Assembly: GCF_044792175.1 (NCBI RefSeq)
Contig: NZ_CP172866.1
Reading direction: 5' to 3' (one strand)
Source of the DNA: Corallococcus coralloides
Lineage (GTDB): Bacteria > Myxococcota > Myxococcia > Myxococcales > Myxococcaceae
DNA: 64,000 nucleotides
Shown: positions 32,001-40,657 of the stretch, one piece after another
How positions within the stretch are numbered: position 1 is the stretch's first letter
How the letters are laid out: every line of letters starts with the position of its first letter
Made by a program: the position numbers and the translations under genes
Notes under the pieces: model-generated
The model's input: the letters and a program-made list of their open reading frames with translations, nothing else
What the model was told of the DNA's origin: nothing
Database searches by the model: none

Positions 32001-35000
32001 GGCCCGGCTGATGGTGGCCTCCGGCTTCGAGGGCCAGCCGCTGATGCTGGACGTGTACCAGGGGCGCCAGCGCGTCGAGCACCGTCAGTTGACGGCGGGG
32101 CAGGGGCGCGCGGTGGTGGAGCTGCCGGTGACGGAGTCCCTGCGCGGCGGCTTCACGGTGGTGCTCACGATGGTGCGCGACTGGCAGTCGCTGAGCTTCC
32201 AGCAGACGGTGGCCGTGCCCTTCGACGACAAGGAGCTGAGCCTGGAGTTCGCCACGTTCCGGGACACGCTGCGGCCCGGCGCGAAGGAGACCTTCCGCGT
32301 GACGGTGAAGGGGCCCCAGGGCGCGAAGCTGGAGGCGGGGGCCGCGGAGCTGCTCGCGTACATGTACGATCAGTCGCTGAACGTCTTCGGCCCGCACACG
32401 CCGCCGCAGGTGGCGCAGTTGTATCCGCAGCAGACCGTCTACGTGGACATCCGGGCGTCCGGTGGCGTCTTCGGCGCGGACTGGCTCTTCGACGAGCTGG
32501 TCCGGGACGGACCCGACGCGCCGGACCTCAGCGCCGACACGCTCAGGTTCGGGGAGGGCTACGGGCTGGGCGGTCCGGGCTACCGCAACTACTACGGCGG
32601 AGTGGGCCGCCGCATGCGCGCCACGGCCGCGAAGCCCGGGGGCATCCAGCCGGAGGCGGACGCCGCGCCGCCGCCTCCTCCGCCCGCGCCCGCGCCGTCC
32701 ATGGCCTCCGCGCCGAAGGAGGGCCGGGTGCTGGAGCAGAAGCGGCGTGAGATCATCCAGATCATCAAGGGGGCGCCCGGCGCACCGGAGCCGGGGGAAG
32801 GGTCGGAGGAGCCGCTGCGCTCGAACTTCGCGGAGACGGCGTTCTGGATTCCGCAAATGCTCACCGGGCCGGACGGGGCCGCGGTGCTGGAGTTCACGGT
32901 GCCGGACTCGGTGACGGCGTGGGACGTCTGGGTGCACGCGCTCACGCGGGATCTGCGCGGGGGCTCCACGCAGCGCGCCACCCGCAGCGTGAAGGAGCTG
33001 ATGGTGCGCCCCTACCTGCCGCGCTTCCTGCGCGAGGGTGACCGGGCGGAGCTGGAGGTCGTGGTGAACAACGCGGGGACCCAGCCGCAGCAGGGCCAGC
33101 TCACGCTCGACATCGTGGATCCGGACACGCAGAAGAGCCTGCTCGCGGACTTCGGCGTGAAGACGGCCTCTCAGGCCTTCACGGTGGCGGCGGGGAAGGG
33201 CACGCACCTGCGCTTCCCCATCACCACGCCCGCGCGGGTGGGGCCGGTGGCCTTCCGCGTGGTCGCGAAGACGGGCGCGTTCAGCGACGGCGAGCTGCGG
33301 CCCCTGCCGGTGCTGCCCGGCCGCATGCACCTGTCGCAGTCGCGCTTCGCCATGCTGAACAACCAGGACCGCCGGACGCTGACGTTCGAGGACCTGAAGA
33401 AGTCGGACGACCCCACCCGCGTGAACGAGCAGCTCGTCGTGACGGTGGACGCGCAGCTCTTCTACTCCGTGCTCCAGGCGCTGCCGTACCTGGTGGACTA
33501 CCCCTATGAGTGCACGGAGCAGACCCTCAACCGCTTCGTGTCCACGGGCATCGTCTCCAGCCTCTTCGACAAGTATCCGGCCGTGGCGAAGGTGGCCAAG
33601 GACCTGAGCCAGCGGACCACGCGCTTCGAGACCTTCGACGACGCGGACCCCAACCGGAAGATGGCGCTGGAGGAGACGCCCTGGCTCAACGAGGCGAAGG
33701 GCGGGACGGGCAACGACGAGGCGCTCCTGCGCGTGCTGGATCCGAAGGTGGCCCAGGCCCAGCGCATGTCGTCGCAGCAGAAGCTGCGCAAGGCGCAGAA
33801 CGCGGACGGCGGCTTCCCCTGGTGGCCGGGCGGCCCGTCGTCGCCGTACATGACGCTCTACATCCTGCACGGCCTGTCGCGCGCCATGGAGCACGGCGTG
33901 GAGGTGTCGCCCTCCATGACGGAGCCCGCGTGGGGCTACCTGGCGAAGCACTTCCGGGACGACTACGCGAACCGGCTGATGAAGAAGGACCTGGGCTGGG
34001 AGTTCCTCACGTTCCTCAACTTCGTGGCGTCGGCGTACCCGGACGCGCGCTACACGGGCGAGGCGCTCACGGCGGCCGAGCGGCAGCGGATGCTCGAGTT
34101 CTCCTTCAAGCACTGGAAGCAGCACTCGCCGTACCTCAAGGGGTACCTGGCGCTCACGCTGAACCGGTCGAAGCGCACGAAGGACGCGCAGAAGGTCTGG
34201 GACAGCGTGATGGACTCCGCGAAGACGTCACAGGACCTGGGCACGTACTGGGCGCCGGAGGACCGCGGCTGGCTCTGGTACAACGACTCCACGGAGACGC
34301 ACGCCTTCGCGCTGCGCACGCTGTCGGAGCTGCGCCCGAAGGACCCCCGCCGCGCGGGCCTGGTGCAGTACCTGCTGCTCGACAAGAAGGTGAACCACTG
34401 GAAGTCCACCCGCGCCACGGCGGAGGCGCTCTACGCGATGGTGAACTACATGGAGGCGGAGGGCTCGCTGGCCGCGCGCGAGGAGCTGAAGGTGACGGTG
34501 GGCTCCAAGGCGGTGGCCCTGAGCTTCTCGCCGGACGTGTACACGGGGAAGAAGAACCAGATCGTCGTCCCCGGTCCGGAGGTGAACGCGAGCACGGCGA
34601 CCACGGTGGTGGAGAAGACGACGCCGGGCTTCGCCATCGCGTCCGCCACGTGGCACTTCTCCACGGAGCAGCTCCCCAAGGAGGAGCGCGGCGACTTCTT
34701 CCAGGTGTCGCGCCGCTACTTCGTGCGCCTCCGCGAAGGCAACCAGACGCTGCTGCGCCCCCTGTCGGACGGCGCGAGGCTGCGGCCCGGCGACGAGGTG
34801 GAGGTGCAGTTGTCGCTGCGCACGAAGCACGCCGCGGAGTACGTGCACCTGAGGGACCCCCGCGCCGCGGGCCTGGAGCCGGAGAACGCGCAGTCCCGCC
34901 ACAAGTGGGACCTGGGCATCGTCTGGTACGAGGAGACGCGCGACTCGGGGACGAACTTCTTCTTCGAGTCGCTGCCGGCCGGTGAGTACACCTTCAAGTA

Positions 35001-35124
35001 CCGGCTGCGCGCGAACATGGCGGGGACGTTCCGCGTGGGCCCGGCGACGGTGCAGTCCGTGTACGCGCCGGAGTTCACCGCCTACTCCACGGGCGCGGTG
35101 CTCACCGTGGACAAGGCACAGTAG
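29059..35124 (+). CDS. bacterial alpha-2-macroglobulin family protein with thioester motif
   Basis: 2021 aa. Signal peptide. CTEQ thioester motif (VDYPYECTEQTLNRF). Multiple MG/Ig-like domains. Confidence 0.85.
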   Translation: MASPPRSRPAAVVLCLLSLALSSVSVAAPAKGPPTWKAIDALVEDDKVESAAQGAEARLAAAKAQGDADEWTRALVRTVQLRTRLHGYETTVRFLREQPWPEGLRQQATLHLFYAAVLANYQQSYSYEIGQREQVVSSGPVDLKAWTKDQISAEIQRTYAAVWESRQKFGTEPVKGLSEYIQPNTYPDGIRSTVRDAVTYLWVDSLDDTDLWRPEQEQGVYRLDLGALLEGTPKVELKDPSVHPLLKVAAVLGDLEAWHLAAGRREAALEARLRRYAAMEASFTEAADKRRIREHLAAHLKGFRDVPWWSKGQFELAALEQQAGRAITAHALAKAGAEAWPKSVGGMQCAALVGSLEAPELYATGMQVDGPGKRSILVGHRNVGAVYFRAYALDVEARLAKPDEDLSLFPSTAEMLRMVASRKPDAAWSTALPPTPDFQRHQTFVTPPALKPGAYVIALSTREDFAKKNSRILSLPMSVSPWAVTVRKANPNQAEVHVVDGATGAGAANVEVRLVTSDYRTRRFGVTSRRTDANGDLLVTGSDANRYEDMQLVVGRGKGVMVVPGSMYLSSAHEPSLDDQTLIYTDRAVYRPMQKLLWKVVAYRPEVASKRYRVLPDSPVTVTLVDPNGQEVSKREARTNTFGSVAGEFDIPSGRPLGQWTVRTRPNGYANVRVEEYKRPTFEVTLKDAPEALRLNRRATFKGEARYYFGLPVTRGAVKWRVSREPVLPRWWFWERIPATTDLVASGTATVGEDGGFTVAFTPEADERLAKAQGMSWRYRVEADLTDEGGETRSASRAFRLGFVSVEGRVDSDVGFVREDFPSEVRLVRSNLDGAPQAGPGRWRLIALKAPGRPLMPSEVPVDRPKPLDADAQSLKETSPTPGDSLKARWDTSYDVEQTLQRWDDGAEVAQAAVTHGADGVATVKLPALRAGAYRLRYETTDPFGQKATAQRDFVVAGARAPAGLPAVLAAERASVRVGEVARLMVASGFEGQPLMLDVYQGRQRVEHRQLTAGQGRAVVELPVTESLRGGFTVVLTMVRDWQSLSFQQTVAVPFDDKELSLEFATFRDTLRPGAKETFRVTVKGPQGAKLEAGAAELLAYMYDQSLNVFGPHTPPQVAQLYPQQTVYVDIRASGGVFGADWLFDELVRDGPDAPDLSADTLRFGEGYGLGGPGYRNYYGGVGRRMRATAAKPGGIQPEADAAPPPPPPAPAPSMASAPKEGRVLEQKRREIIQIIKGAPGAPEPGEGSEEPLRSNFAETAFWIPQMLTGPDGAAVLEFTVPDSVTAWDVWVHALTRDLRGGSTQRATRSVKELMVRPYLPRFLREGDRAELEVVVNNAGTQPQQGQLTLDIVDPDTQKSLLADFGVKTASQAFTVAAGKGTHLRFPITTPARVGPVAFRVVAKTGAFSDGELRPLPVLPGRMHLSQSRFAMLNNQDRRTLTFEDLKKSDDPTRVNEQLVVTVDAQLFYSVLQALPYLVDYPYECTEQTLNRFVSTGIVSSLFDKYPAVAKVAKDLSQRTTRFETFDDADPNRKMALEETPWLNEAKGGTGNDEALLRVLDPKVAQAQRMSSQQKLRKAQNADGGFPWWPGGPSSPYMTLYILHGLSRAMEHGVEVSPSMTEPAWGYLAKHFRDDYANRLMKKDLGWEFLTFLNFVASAYPDARYTGEALTAAERQRMLEFSFKHWKQHSPYLKGYLALTLNRSKRTKDAQKVWDSVMDSAKTSQDLGTYWAPEDRGWLWYNDSTETHAFALRTLSELRPKDPRRAGLVQYLLLDKKVNHWKSTRATAEALYAMVNYMEAEGSLAAREELKVTVGSKAVALSFSPDVYTGKKNQIVVPGPEVNASTATTVVEKTTPGFAIASATWHFSTEQLPKEERGDFFQVSRRYFVRLREGNQTLLRPLSDGARLRPGDEVEVQLSLRTKHAAEYVHLRDPRAAGLEPENAQSRHKWDLGIVWYEETRDSGTNFFFESLPAGEYTFKYRLRANMAGTFRVGPATVQSVYAPEFTAYSTGAVLTVDKAQ

Positions 35125-35172
35125 GCCCCGGCGGGGCAGGGGGCCGGCGTCCTTCGTGGCGCCGGTCCGCAG

Positions 35173-36339
35173 CTACTCCGCGCAGGTGGCGGCTTCGTCG
35201 GTGGGGTGCAGCGTGGCGATGCCGTAGGTGCCGTTGCGCGTGCCGCACCAGATGCGCCAGTTGCCGCCGCCCACGTCCGGCGCCGAGTACACGCCGCCCT
35301 CCTTCTTCGCCCCGCCGCGCGCACAGCAGCGCGCGAACGCCCGGGTCCCGATGGCGGCGATGGAGACCGCGTCCTGCGACGTGGAGAAGCCGCCCGTGCG
35401 CTTCACGCCGCAGGACCACGGGGACAGCCCCTTGAAGCGGATGAGGTACTGCTCGCCGCGCACGGCGTCCTCGCCCCGGGCCGGGCCCTGGTAGCAGACC
35501 TTGCCTTCCGCCTCGAGCTGCGCGTAGCGGGGCAGGAAGTGCAGGCCGCCAATCGGGCCGCGCTGCCAGTCATCCCCGCAGAAGACATGCGTGAACGCGT
35601 TGCGCGGGCCGGTGCTCACCCACAGGCTCGTGAGCCATTCGATGTTCGCCTGCCGCGAGCCGGGACGCCCCGCCGCGGACAGCGCGCGCTGCACCCGCGC
35701 GTCGTCGTAGTGCTTCGCGAAGAAGCGCTGCACGTCCCCGGCGCTCACGCTCGCGTCGGGGCGCGCGGGGCACAGGTCCAGCACCTCGCGGTCCAGCGCG
35801 GACAGCGCCGGGGCCTTGGCGAAGAGGGGCGGTTGATCACACGTGCTCGCGCAGGCCGCCATGTCGCCCGGAGCCGCGGCGCGACTCGCCGGTGCGCGCA
35901 CCGCCACGGTGACCTCTTCCGTGTCGTCCGGCTCCGCAGGGGGCGCACCCGCACCGGCTCCGCTCCCGATGGGCTTCGCCTCCGCGAGGGCCCCGCCGCC
36001 GCCGCGCGACACCTGCTGCTGGCGCGTGTTCGCATGGTCCGCGCGCACGAGCGCGTCCGTGTCCGGCGCCTTCTGGACGGCCTCCGTGGGCGTGCCATCG
36101 CAGAGCACCCAGCCCTCGGCCCCGGGCCCCTGGAGCTTGCACCACGCGCGGTCGGGGCCGCCCTTCTTCACGAGCGGATAGGACACGCCCGGCTGCACGG
36201 AGAAGACGACCTTGGAGGACTGGGGCTGGTCCACCGCGTCCACGGCCTCTTCGGTGACGAAGACGCCGCTCCCCGCGAAGGCGACGGGGGCGGTGGAGAG
36301 GGCCAGGAAGAAGCAGGCGAGCGACCCGGAGAGGCGCAT
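35173..36339 (-). CDS. secreted protein with N-terminal SH3b-like region and C-terminal EndoU-like (XendoU/PP11 family) ribonuclease domain
   Basis: Signal peptide MRLSGSLACFFLALSTAPVAFAG. The C-terminal NAFTHVFCGDDWQRGPIGGLHFLPRY aligns with the EndoU signature GFEHVFxGE...G(F)HNWxxF. Downstream Lys-containing segments are present. Confidence 0.5.
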   Translation of the reverse strand: MRLSGSLACFFLALSTAPVAFAGSGVFVTEEAVDAVDQPQSSKVVFSVQPGVSYPLVKKGGPDRAWCKLQGPGAEGWVLCDGTPTEAVQKAPDTDALVRADHANTRQQQVSRGGGGALAEAKPIGSGAGAGAPPAEPDDTEEVTVAVRAPASRAAAPGDMAACASTCDQPPLFAKAPALSALDREVLDLCPARPDASVSAGDVQRFFAKHYDDARVQRALSAAGRPGSRQANIEWLTSLWVSTGPRNAFTHVFCGDDWQRGPIGGLHFLPRYAQLEAEGKVCYQGPARGEDAVRGEQYLIRFKGLSPWSCGVKRTGGFSTSQDAVSIAAIGTRAFARCCARGGAKKEGGVYSAPDVGGGNWRIWCGTRNGTYGIATLHPTDEAATCAE

Positions 36340-36425
36340 GGTGGGCCGGACTCTAACAGGGGCGCCCCAAGCCCGCTGTTCCCCGGTTGCGCCCGGCGCC
36401 GCGCCGCGAAATAAACGCGCCCGAT

Positions 36426-37250
36426 ATGAAACCGATGAATTTCCGAGGCCGCTGGGTGCTCATTACCGGCGCGTCGTCCGGCCTGGGGCTGGAGATGGCC
36501 CGCCTGCTCGCGAAGGAGCACGGCGCCCACATCATCGCCGTGGCCCGCCGCGAGGACCGGCTCGCCGCGCTGAAGGCGGAGCTGGAGTCCGCGCACGGCG
36601 TGCAGGTGCTGCCCCTCTCCGCGGACCTCACGAAGCCCGGCGACGCCGAGCGCGTCTTCGAGACCGCCACGTCCGGCCGCACCGTCGACGGCGTCATCCT
36701 CAACGCGGGCGTCACCTACTTCGGCCACGCGCTGGAGCAGCAGCCCGAGTCCTTCGACGCGCTGCTCGCCACCAACATCACCAGCGTGGTGCGCATGTCC
36801 CAGCTCTTCGGCGCGCACTTCGCGAAGCGGGGCGGGGGCGGGGCGCTGATGCTCGTCGCCAGCACCGCGGGCTTCGCGCCGCTGCCGTACCAGACGGCCT
36901 ACGCCGCGTCGAAGTCGTTCGTCATCAGCTACGGGCGGGGCCTGGCCTACGAGCTGCGCAAGGCGGGCGTGTCCGTCACCGTTTTCGCGCCCGGCGGCAT
37001 CGCCACGGAGATGCTGTCGGTGTCCGGCCTGGACCGGAAGTTCAAGGCGGGCGACGTGGGCATCATGTCCGCGGAGGCCTGCGCGCGCATTGCCGTGGAG
37101 GCGTTCGTGCACCGCCGCGAGCTCTGCGTGCCCGGCGTCCTCAACCGCTTCCTCGCGGCGATGATGAAGCTGCTGCCCCACGGCTTCATGATGGGGCGCT
37201 CGGCCGCGCTGTACGAAGGCGCGCTGCCGAAGGAGCCGCCCGCGCCCTGA
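36426..37250 (+). CDS. SDR family oxidoreductase
   Basis: Rossmann fold TGASSGLG and catalytic YxxxK (YAASK). Confidence 0.85.
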   Translation: MKPMNFRGRWVLITGASSGLGLEMARLLAKEHGAHIIAVARREDRLAALKAELESAHGVQVLPLSADLTKPGDAERVFETATSGRTVDGVILNAGVTYFGHALEQQPESFDALLATNITSVVRMSQLFGAHFAKRGGGGALMLVASTAGFAPLPYQTAYAASKSFVISYGRGLAYELRKAGVSVTVFAPGGIATEMLSVSGLDRKFKAGDVGIMSAEACARIAVEAFVHRRELCVPGVLNRFLAAMMKLLPHGFMMGRSAALYEGALPKEPPAP

Positions 37251-37281
37251 AACAGGCCCGGGCGGCGTCCGTCACGTCACG

Positions 37282-38544
37282 TCAGGACAGCTTCACCCGC
37301 GTGACCTTCAGCTTGCCCACCTGCACGGTGTACTCGCCGGCCCCCAGCTCCGCCTTGGGGTCGGTGACCTTCTCACCGTTCACCTTCACGCCGCCCTGGC
37401 CCATCATCTTTCGCGCCTCGGTGGCGGAGGCGACGAACTTCGTCTCCGGCAGCAGCTTGGTGACGAGCAGCTTCTCCGCGCCGCCAAGCGACACCTCCAC
37501 GAGCGGCAGGTCCTCCGTGGACAGCTCCTTCTTGGCGAAGCGCTTCTCGAAGTCCTCCGCCGCCTTGCGGCCGGCCTCCTCCCCCTGGAAGCGCGCGGCC
37601 ATCTCCTGCGCGAAGGCGACCTTCGCGGCCTTGGGGTGCGCCGCGCCGGACTTCGTCTGCTCCTCCAGCTCCAGCACCTGCTTGAGCGGCATGGCGGAGA
37701 GCAGCTTGTAGTACCGCCACATCAGGTCGTCCGTGATGCTCATCAACTTGCCGAAGATGCTGTCCGCCGGCTCGTCGATGCCCACGTAGTTGTCCAGGCT
37801 CTTGGACATCTTGTTGCCGGTGATGACGCCGTCCACCAGCTTCGCGTCCAGGCCCTCCAGGATGGGGCCGGTCATGATGACCTGCGGCTCCATGCCCTCT
37901 TCCTTCATCAACTGGCGGCCGACGAGCAGGTTGAAGAGCTGATCCGTCGCGCCCAGCTCCACGTCCGCCTTCAGCGCCACGGAGTCGTAGCCCTGCAGGA
38001 GCGGGTAGAGGAACTCGTGGATGGCGATGGAGGTGTTCTCCCGGTAGCGCTTCTTGAAGTCGTCGCGCTCCAGCATGCGCTGCACGGAGTAGCGCGCGGC
38101 CAGGCGGATCATCCCCTCGGTGCCCAGCGCGTCGAGCCACTCCGAGTTGAACTTCACCACCGTCTTGTCCGGGTCCAGGACCTTGAAGACCTGCTGCTTG
38201 TACGTCTCCGAGTTGACCTTCACCTGCTCGCGCGTGAGCGGAGGCCGGGCGGCGTTCTTGCCGGACGGGTCCCCGATGAGCGCGGTGAAGTCACCGATGA
38301 GGAAGACCACCGTGTGGCCGAACTCCTGGAAGCGCCGCATGCGCGTGAGCAGCAGCGTGTGGCCCAGGTGCAGGTCGGGACGGCTGGGGTCGAAGCCCGC
38401 CTTGATGATGAGGGGCTTGCCCTTGTCATACGAGCGCTGGAGCTTCTTCTTCAGGTCCTCCGGCACGTGGAGGTCCACGGTGCCGCGAGTGACTTCTTCG
38501 AACTGCTCTTCGGGGGTTGCCTTGCGCAGTGCGTCCGGGTTCAT
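37282..38544 (-). CDS. tyrS: tyrosine--tRNA ligase
   Basis: HIGH motif (LHLGH), KMSKS motif, and a C-terminal S4 domain. Confidence 0.9.
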   Translation of the reverse strand: MNPDALRKATPEEQFEEVTRGTVDLHVPEDLKKKLQRSYDKGKPLIIKAGFDPSRPDLHLGHTLLLTRMRRFQEFGHTVVFLIGDFTALIGDPSGKNAARPPLTREQVKVNSETYKQQVFKVLDPDKTVVKFNSEWLDALGTEGMIRLAARYSVQRMLERDDFKKRYRENTSIAIHEFLYPLLQGYDSVALKADVELGATDQLFNLLVGRQLMKEEGMEPQVIMTGPILEGLDAKLVDGVITGNKMSKSLDNYVGIDEPADSIFGKLMSITDDLMWRYYKLLSAMPLKQVLELEEQTKSGAAHPKAAKVAFAQEMAARFQGEEAGRKAAEDFEKRFAKKELSTEDLPLVEVSLGGAEKLLVTKLLPETKFVASATEARKMMGQGGVKVNGEKVTDPKAELGAGEYTVQVGKLKVTRVKLS

Positions 38545-38562
38545 GGCGCCGCGGACACTAGC

Positions 38563-38612
38563 CCAAAAAAGGCGACGGGCAGGGCGGGACTTCCGTGTCC
38601 GCCCCACCCGTG
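38563..38612 (-). terminator. rho-independent terminator (minus strand) downstream of the MTHFS gene
   Basis: Extended GC hairpin GGGCGGGAC...GTCCGCCCC, followed on the minus strand by TTTTTT (forward AAAAAA at 38565-38570). It sits between the MTHFS stop and the tyrS start. Confidence 0.6.
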
Positions 38613-38660
38613 GCTGTCACCCTGACTGTCGTCCTACGGCTCGGGGGCCGTCAGGTGTCT

Positions 38661-39290
38661 TCAGGTGTCCAGGAAGTCGAAGCTGCGGTAGAGGCCGCGC
38701 AGCGTCTGGCTCTCCGTGACGATCTGGTCCATGTCCACGTCGTCGCTCGTGGTGGGCAGCGCCTGGACGATCTGGTCGTTGAACGCGAGCCCCACGCGGC
38801 GGCTGCGCGGGCTGGCCGCCTTGAGGGTGGCGTCGTAGTAGCCACCGCCGCGCCCCAGCCGCTTGCCGTCCGGGCTGAAGCCCAGTCCGGGCACCACGAA
38901 CAGGTCGATCTGATCCACCGGAATCAGGTCCGAGGAGTTCGTGGGCTCACGGACGCCCAGGCGCCCCGGCTCCAGCTCGCTCTCCGACTTGATGGCCCGG
39001 AAGGCCAGGATGCGCCCGTGCACGTGGGACAGCGGGTAGCAGACGATCTTCTCGTCCTGCAACGCCGCGATGAGGATGTCCCGGGTGGGCACTTCGCCCC
39101 GGATGGGGGCGTAGAGCGCCACCGTCCGCGCCTTGTCGTAATAGGGCGATGCCAGGAATCGAGACTGGACCTTGAGGCCCCGCTCGTCGATGAGGTCGTT
39201 GGTCATCGCCTTGCGGCGCGCCGTCAGTTCCTCACGAAGCGTTACCTTCTTCTCCGCCGCCGCCGCCGTATCCACCGCCGTCTCGCTCAC
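38661..39290 (-). CDS. 5-formyltetrahydrofolate cyclo-ligase (MTHFS, YgfA-like)
   Basis: 209 aa with GLGFSPDGKRLGRGGGYYD. GTG start with GGAG 9 nt upstream. Confidence 0.8.
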   Translation of the reverse strand: MSETAVDTAAAAEKKVTLREELTARRKAMTNDLIDERGLKVQSRFLASPYYDKARTVALYAPIRGEVPTRDILIAALQDEKIVCYPLSHVHGRILAFRAIKSESELEPGRLGVREPTNSSDLIPVDQIDLFVVPGLGFSPDGKRLGRGGGYYDATLKAASPRSRRVGLAFNDQIVQALPTTSDDVDMDQIVTESQTLRGLYRSFDFLDT

Positions 39291-39309
39291 CGCCGCCGCT
39301 CCAAAGAAA

Positions 39310-39500
39310 GAGTCCCCCGCCGAGCCGTGTGTCCAGCGTCCATTGAACCCTTAGAAGCCAGGTGGGGACCGAAATCATGTCACCGCAGGCTTCCCTCATC
39401 CCCGGTGAAGGGGGAGGGCTTGCACATGGCGACCGAAACGGACCCCGGAATGGACGTATCGGTTCGAATTTCTGCTGGGCATCACGCACCCCGCAGGGAA
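39310..39500 (-). ncRNA. candidate 6S RNA (ssrS) upstream of the ygfA-like gene
   Basis: 190-nt non-coding stretch with lower GC and several hairpins (for example CCCTCATCCCC-GGTGAA-GGGGGAGGG), directly upstream on the same strand as the MTHFS gene. The 5' and 3' ends are partly complementary. The ssrS-ygfA linkage is a known synteny. No coding ORF here is plausible. Confidence 0.3.
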
Positions 39501-39661
39501 CAGACCTTTTACCACTCAAATCGTGCTGCAAGTCCTTAGAATTACTGGGAAAATCCCAGGGCGTTCTGGGAAAATGATAAGGATGGAGAAGCGTGCGGTC
39601 AAGCCGTCCTCGCGCGTTTACAAGCCGCCCCGTGGACTTCTATGATGCCCGGGTCCCCGAC

Positions 39662-40657
39662 ATGTCGCTCCCGACCCCAACATTGGCTCTCGCGGCGGTA
39701 GCCTGCCTCGCCTCCGGATTCGCCTGGGCGGGTCCGCAGCTCAACAGTACCTATCAGGCAGATGCCTTCGGCCCCATCGAGTTGCGCTCGGACGGGGAGC
39801 ACCTGGTCGGCACGGCGCCGGCCGGGGGGCCCTGCCAGCGCCCGGCCGCCGAGCCGATATTGACGGGGGACTTCCAGGGAAACGTCTTCCTGGGGGAGCT
39901 CACGCTCTGTCAGACGGGGGACACCTGCACCCCGTCCCGCAGCTTCCCGGTGATGCTCGTCTACAACGTGGAGGAGCGGGCGCTGGGCGGCGTGGTGAAG
40001 CTGGAGGACGACTGCGAGTCCCCGGCGCTGCCCAAGAACCGGATGCTGGTGCTCCGCGCGACGGAGCAGGGCGCGGCGCTGACGCCGGCGACGGCGCAGG
40101 CCCCCGAGCAGCGCCAGGTGCAGGCGCCCGTGCCTCCTCCGCCGTCCGGTGGGGCCGCGCAGGTGGCGGCGCAGCGCCGGCTGGAGCCCCTGGACGTGGC
40201 GGCCACCCTGAAGCTGGGGCAGTCGCTGCTGCCCAACAACCCCTTCGGGGCGTCGCAGCAGTTCCAGTTGGTGCTGTCCCAGGAGAAGGAGAAGAACAAC
40301 GCCTGGGCGCTGACGGGCATGGGCGTGGCGTACCACCTGCGCAAGCAGCAGCCGGAGGCGCTCAAGTACCTGGATCAGGCGCGCAGCGTGGGCAGCGGCG
40401 CGGCGCGGGCGGAGGCCTTCTTCTGGACCGCGTGCGTGAAGCGGGCCGCGCAGGAGTCCGCGTTCGCCCAGGCCGCGCTGAAGCGGGCGCTGCAGGAAGG
40501 CTGGTCTCCTCCGGAGGGCAACGCGCTGGTGGAGCGCGAGCTCCAGCAGTTCGCCAATGAGGGAACGTTGTACGAGGCGCTGGTGAAGCAGGCCCGCGGT
40601 CGCAAGCAGCGGGTCCAGGGCCGTGATCCACAAGGAGCTGGAAGCTCCAGCCCGTGA
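39662..40657 (+). CDS. secreted protein with C-terminal TPR-like helical region (hypothetical)
   Basis: Signal peptide MSLPTPTLALAAVACLASGFAWAG. The stop overlaps the kinase gene's start. Confidence 0.6.
   Translation: MSLPTPTLALAAVACLASGFAWAGPQLNSTYQADAFGPIELRSDGEHLVGTAPAGGPCQRPAAEPILTGDFQGNVFLGELTLCQTGDTCTPSRSFPVMLVYNVEERALGGVVKLEDDCESPALPKNRMLVLRATEQGAALTPATAQAPEQRQVQAPVPPPPSGGAAQVAAQRRLEPLDVAATLKLGQSLLPNNPFGASQQFQLVLSQEKEKNNAWALTGMGVAYHLRKQQPEALKYLDQARSVGSGAARAEAFFWTACVKRAAQESAFAQAALKRALQEGWSPPEGNALVERELQQFANEGTLYEALVKQARGRKQRVQGRDPQGAGSSSP

Noticed and set aside
38545-38660. T-box leader upstream of tyrS
   Set aside because: The structured element between MTHFS and tyrS reads as an intrinsic terminator for the minus-strand upstream unit (GC hairpin plus U-tract). 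I found no specifier-loop/antiterminator T-box features, and T-boxes are not expected in this lineage.
39232-39531. 99-aa minus-strand ORF (MQHDLSGKRSVPCGV...) and 71-aa plus ORF 39362..39577 in the MTHFS upstream region
   Set aside because: No motifs, Gly/Pro-rich junk composition, and no RBS context. The region is better explained as a structured non-coding RNA (the 6S candidate) plus a promoter.
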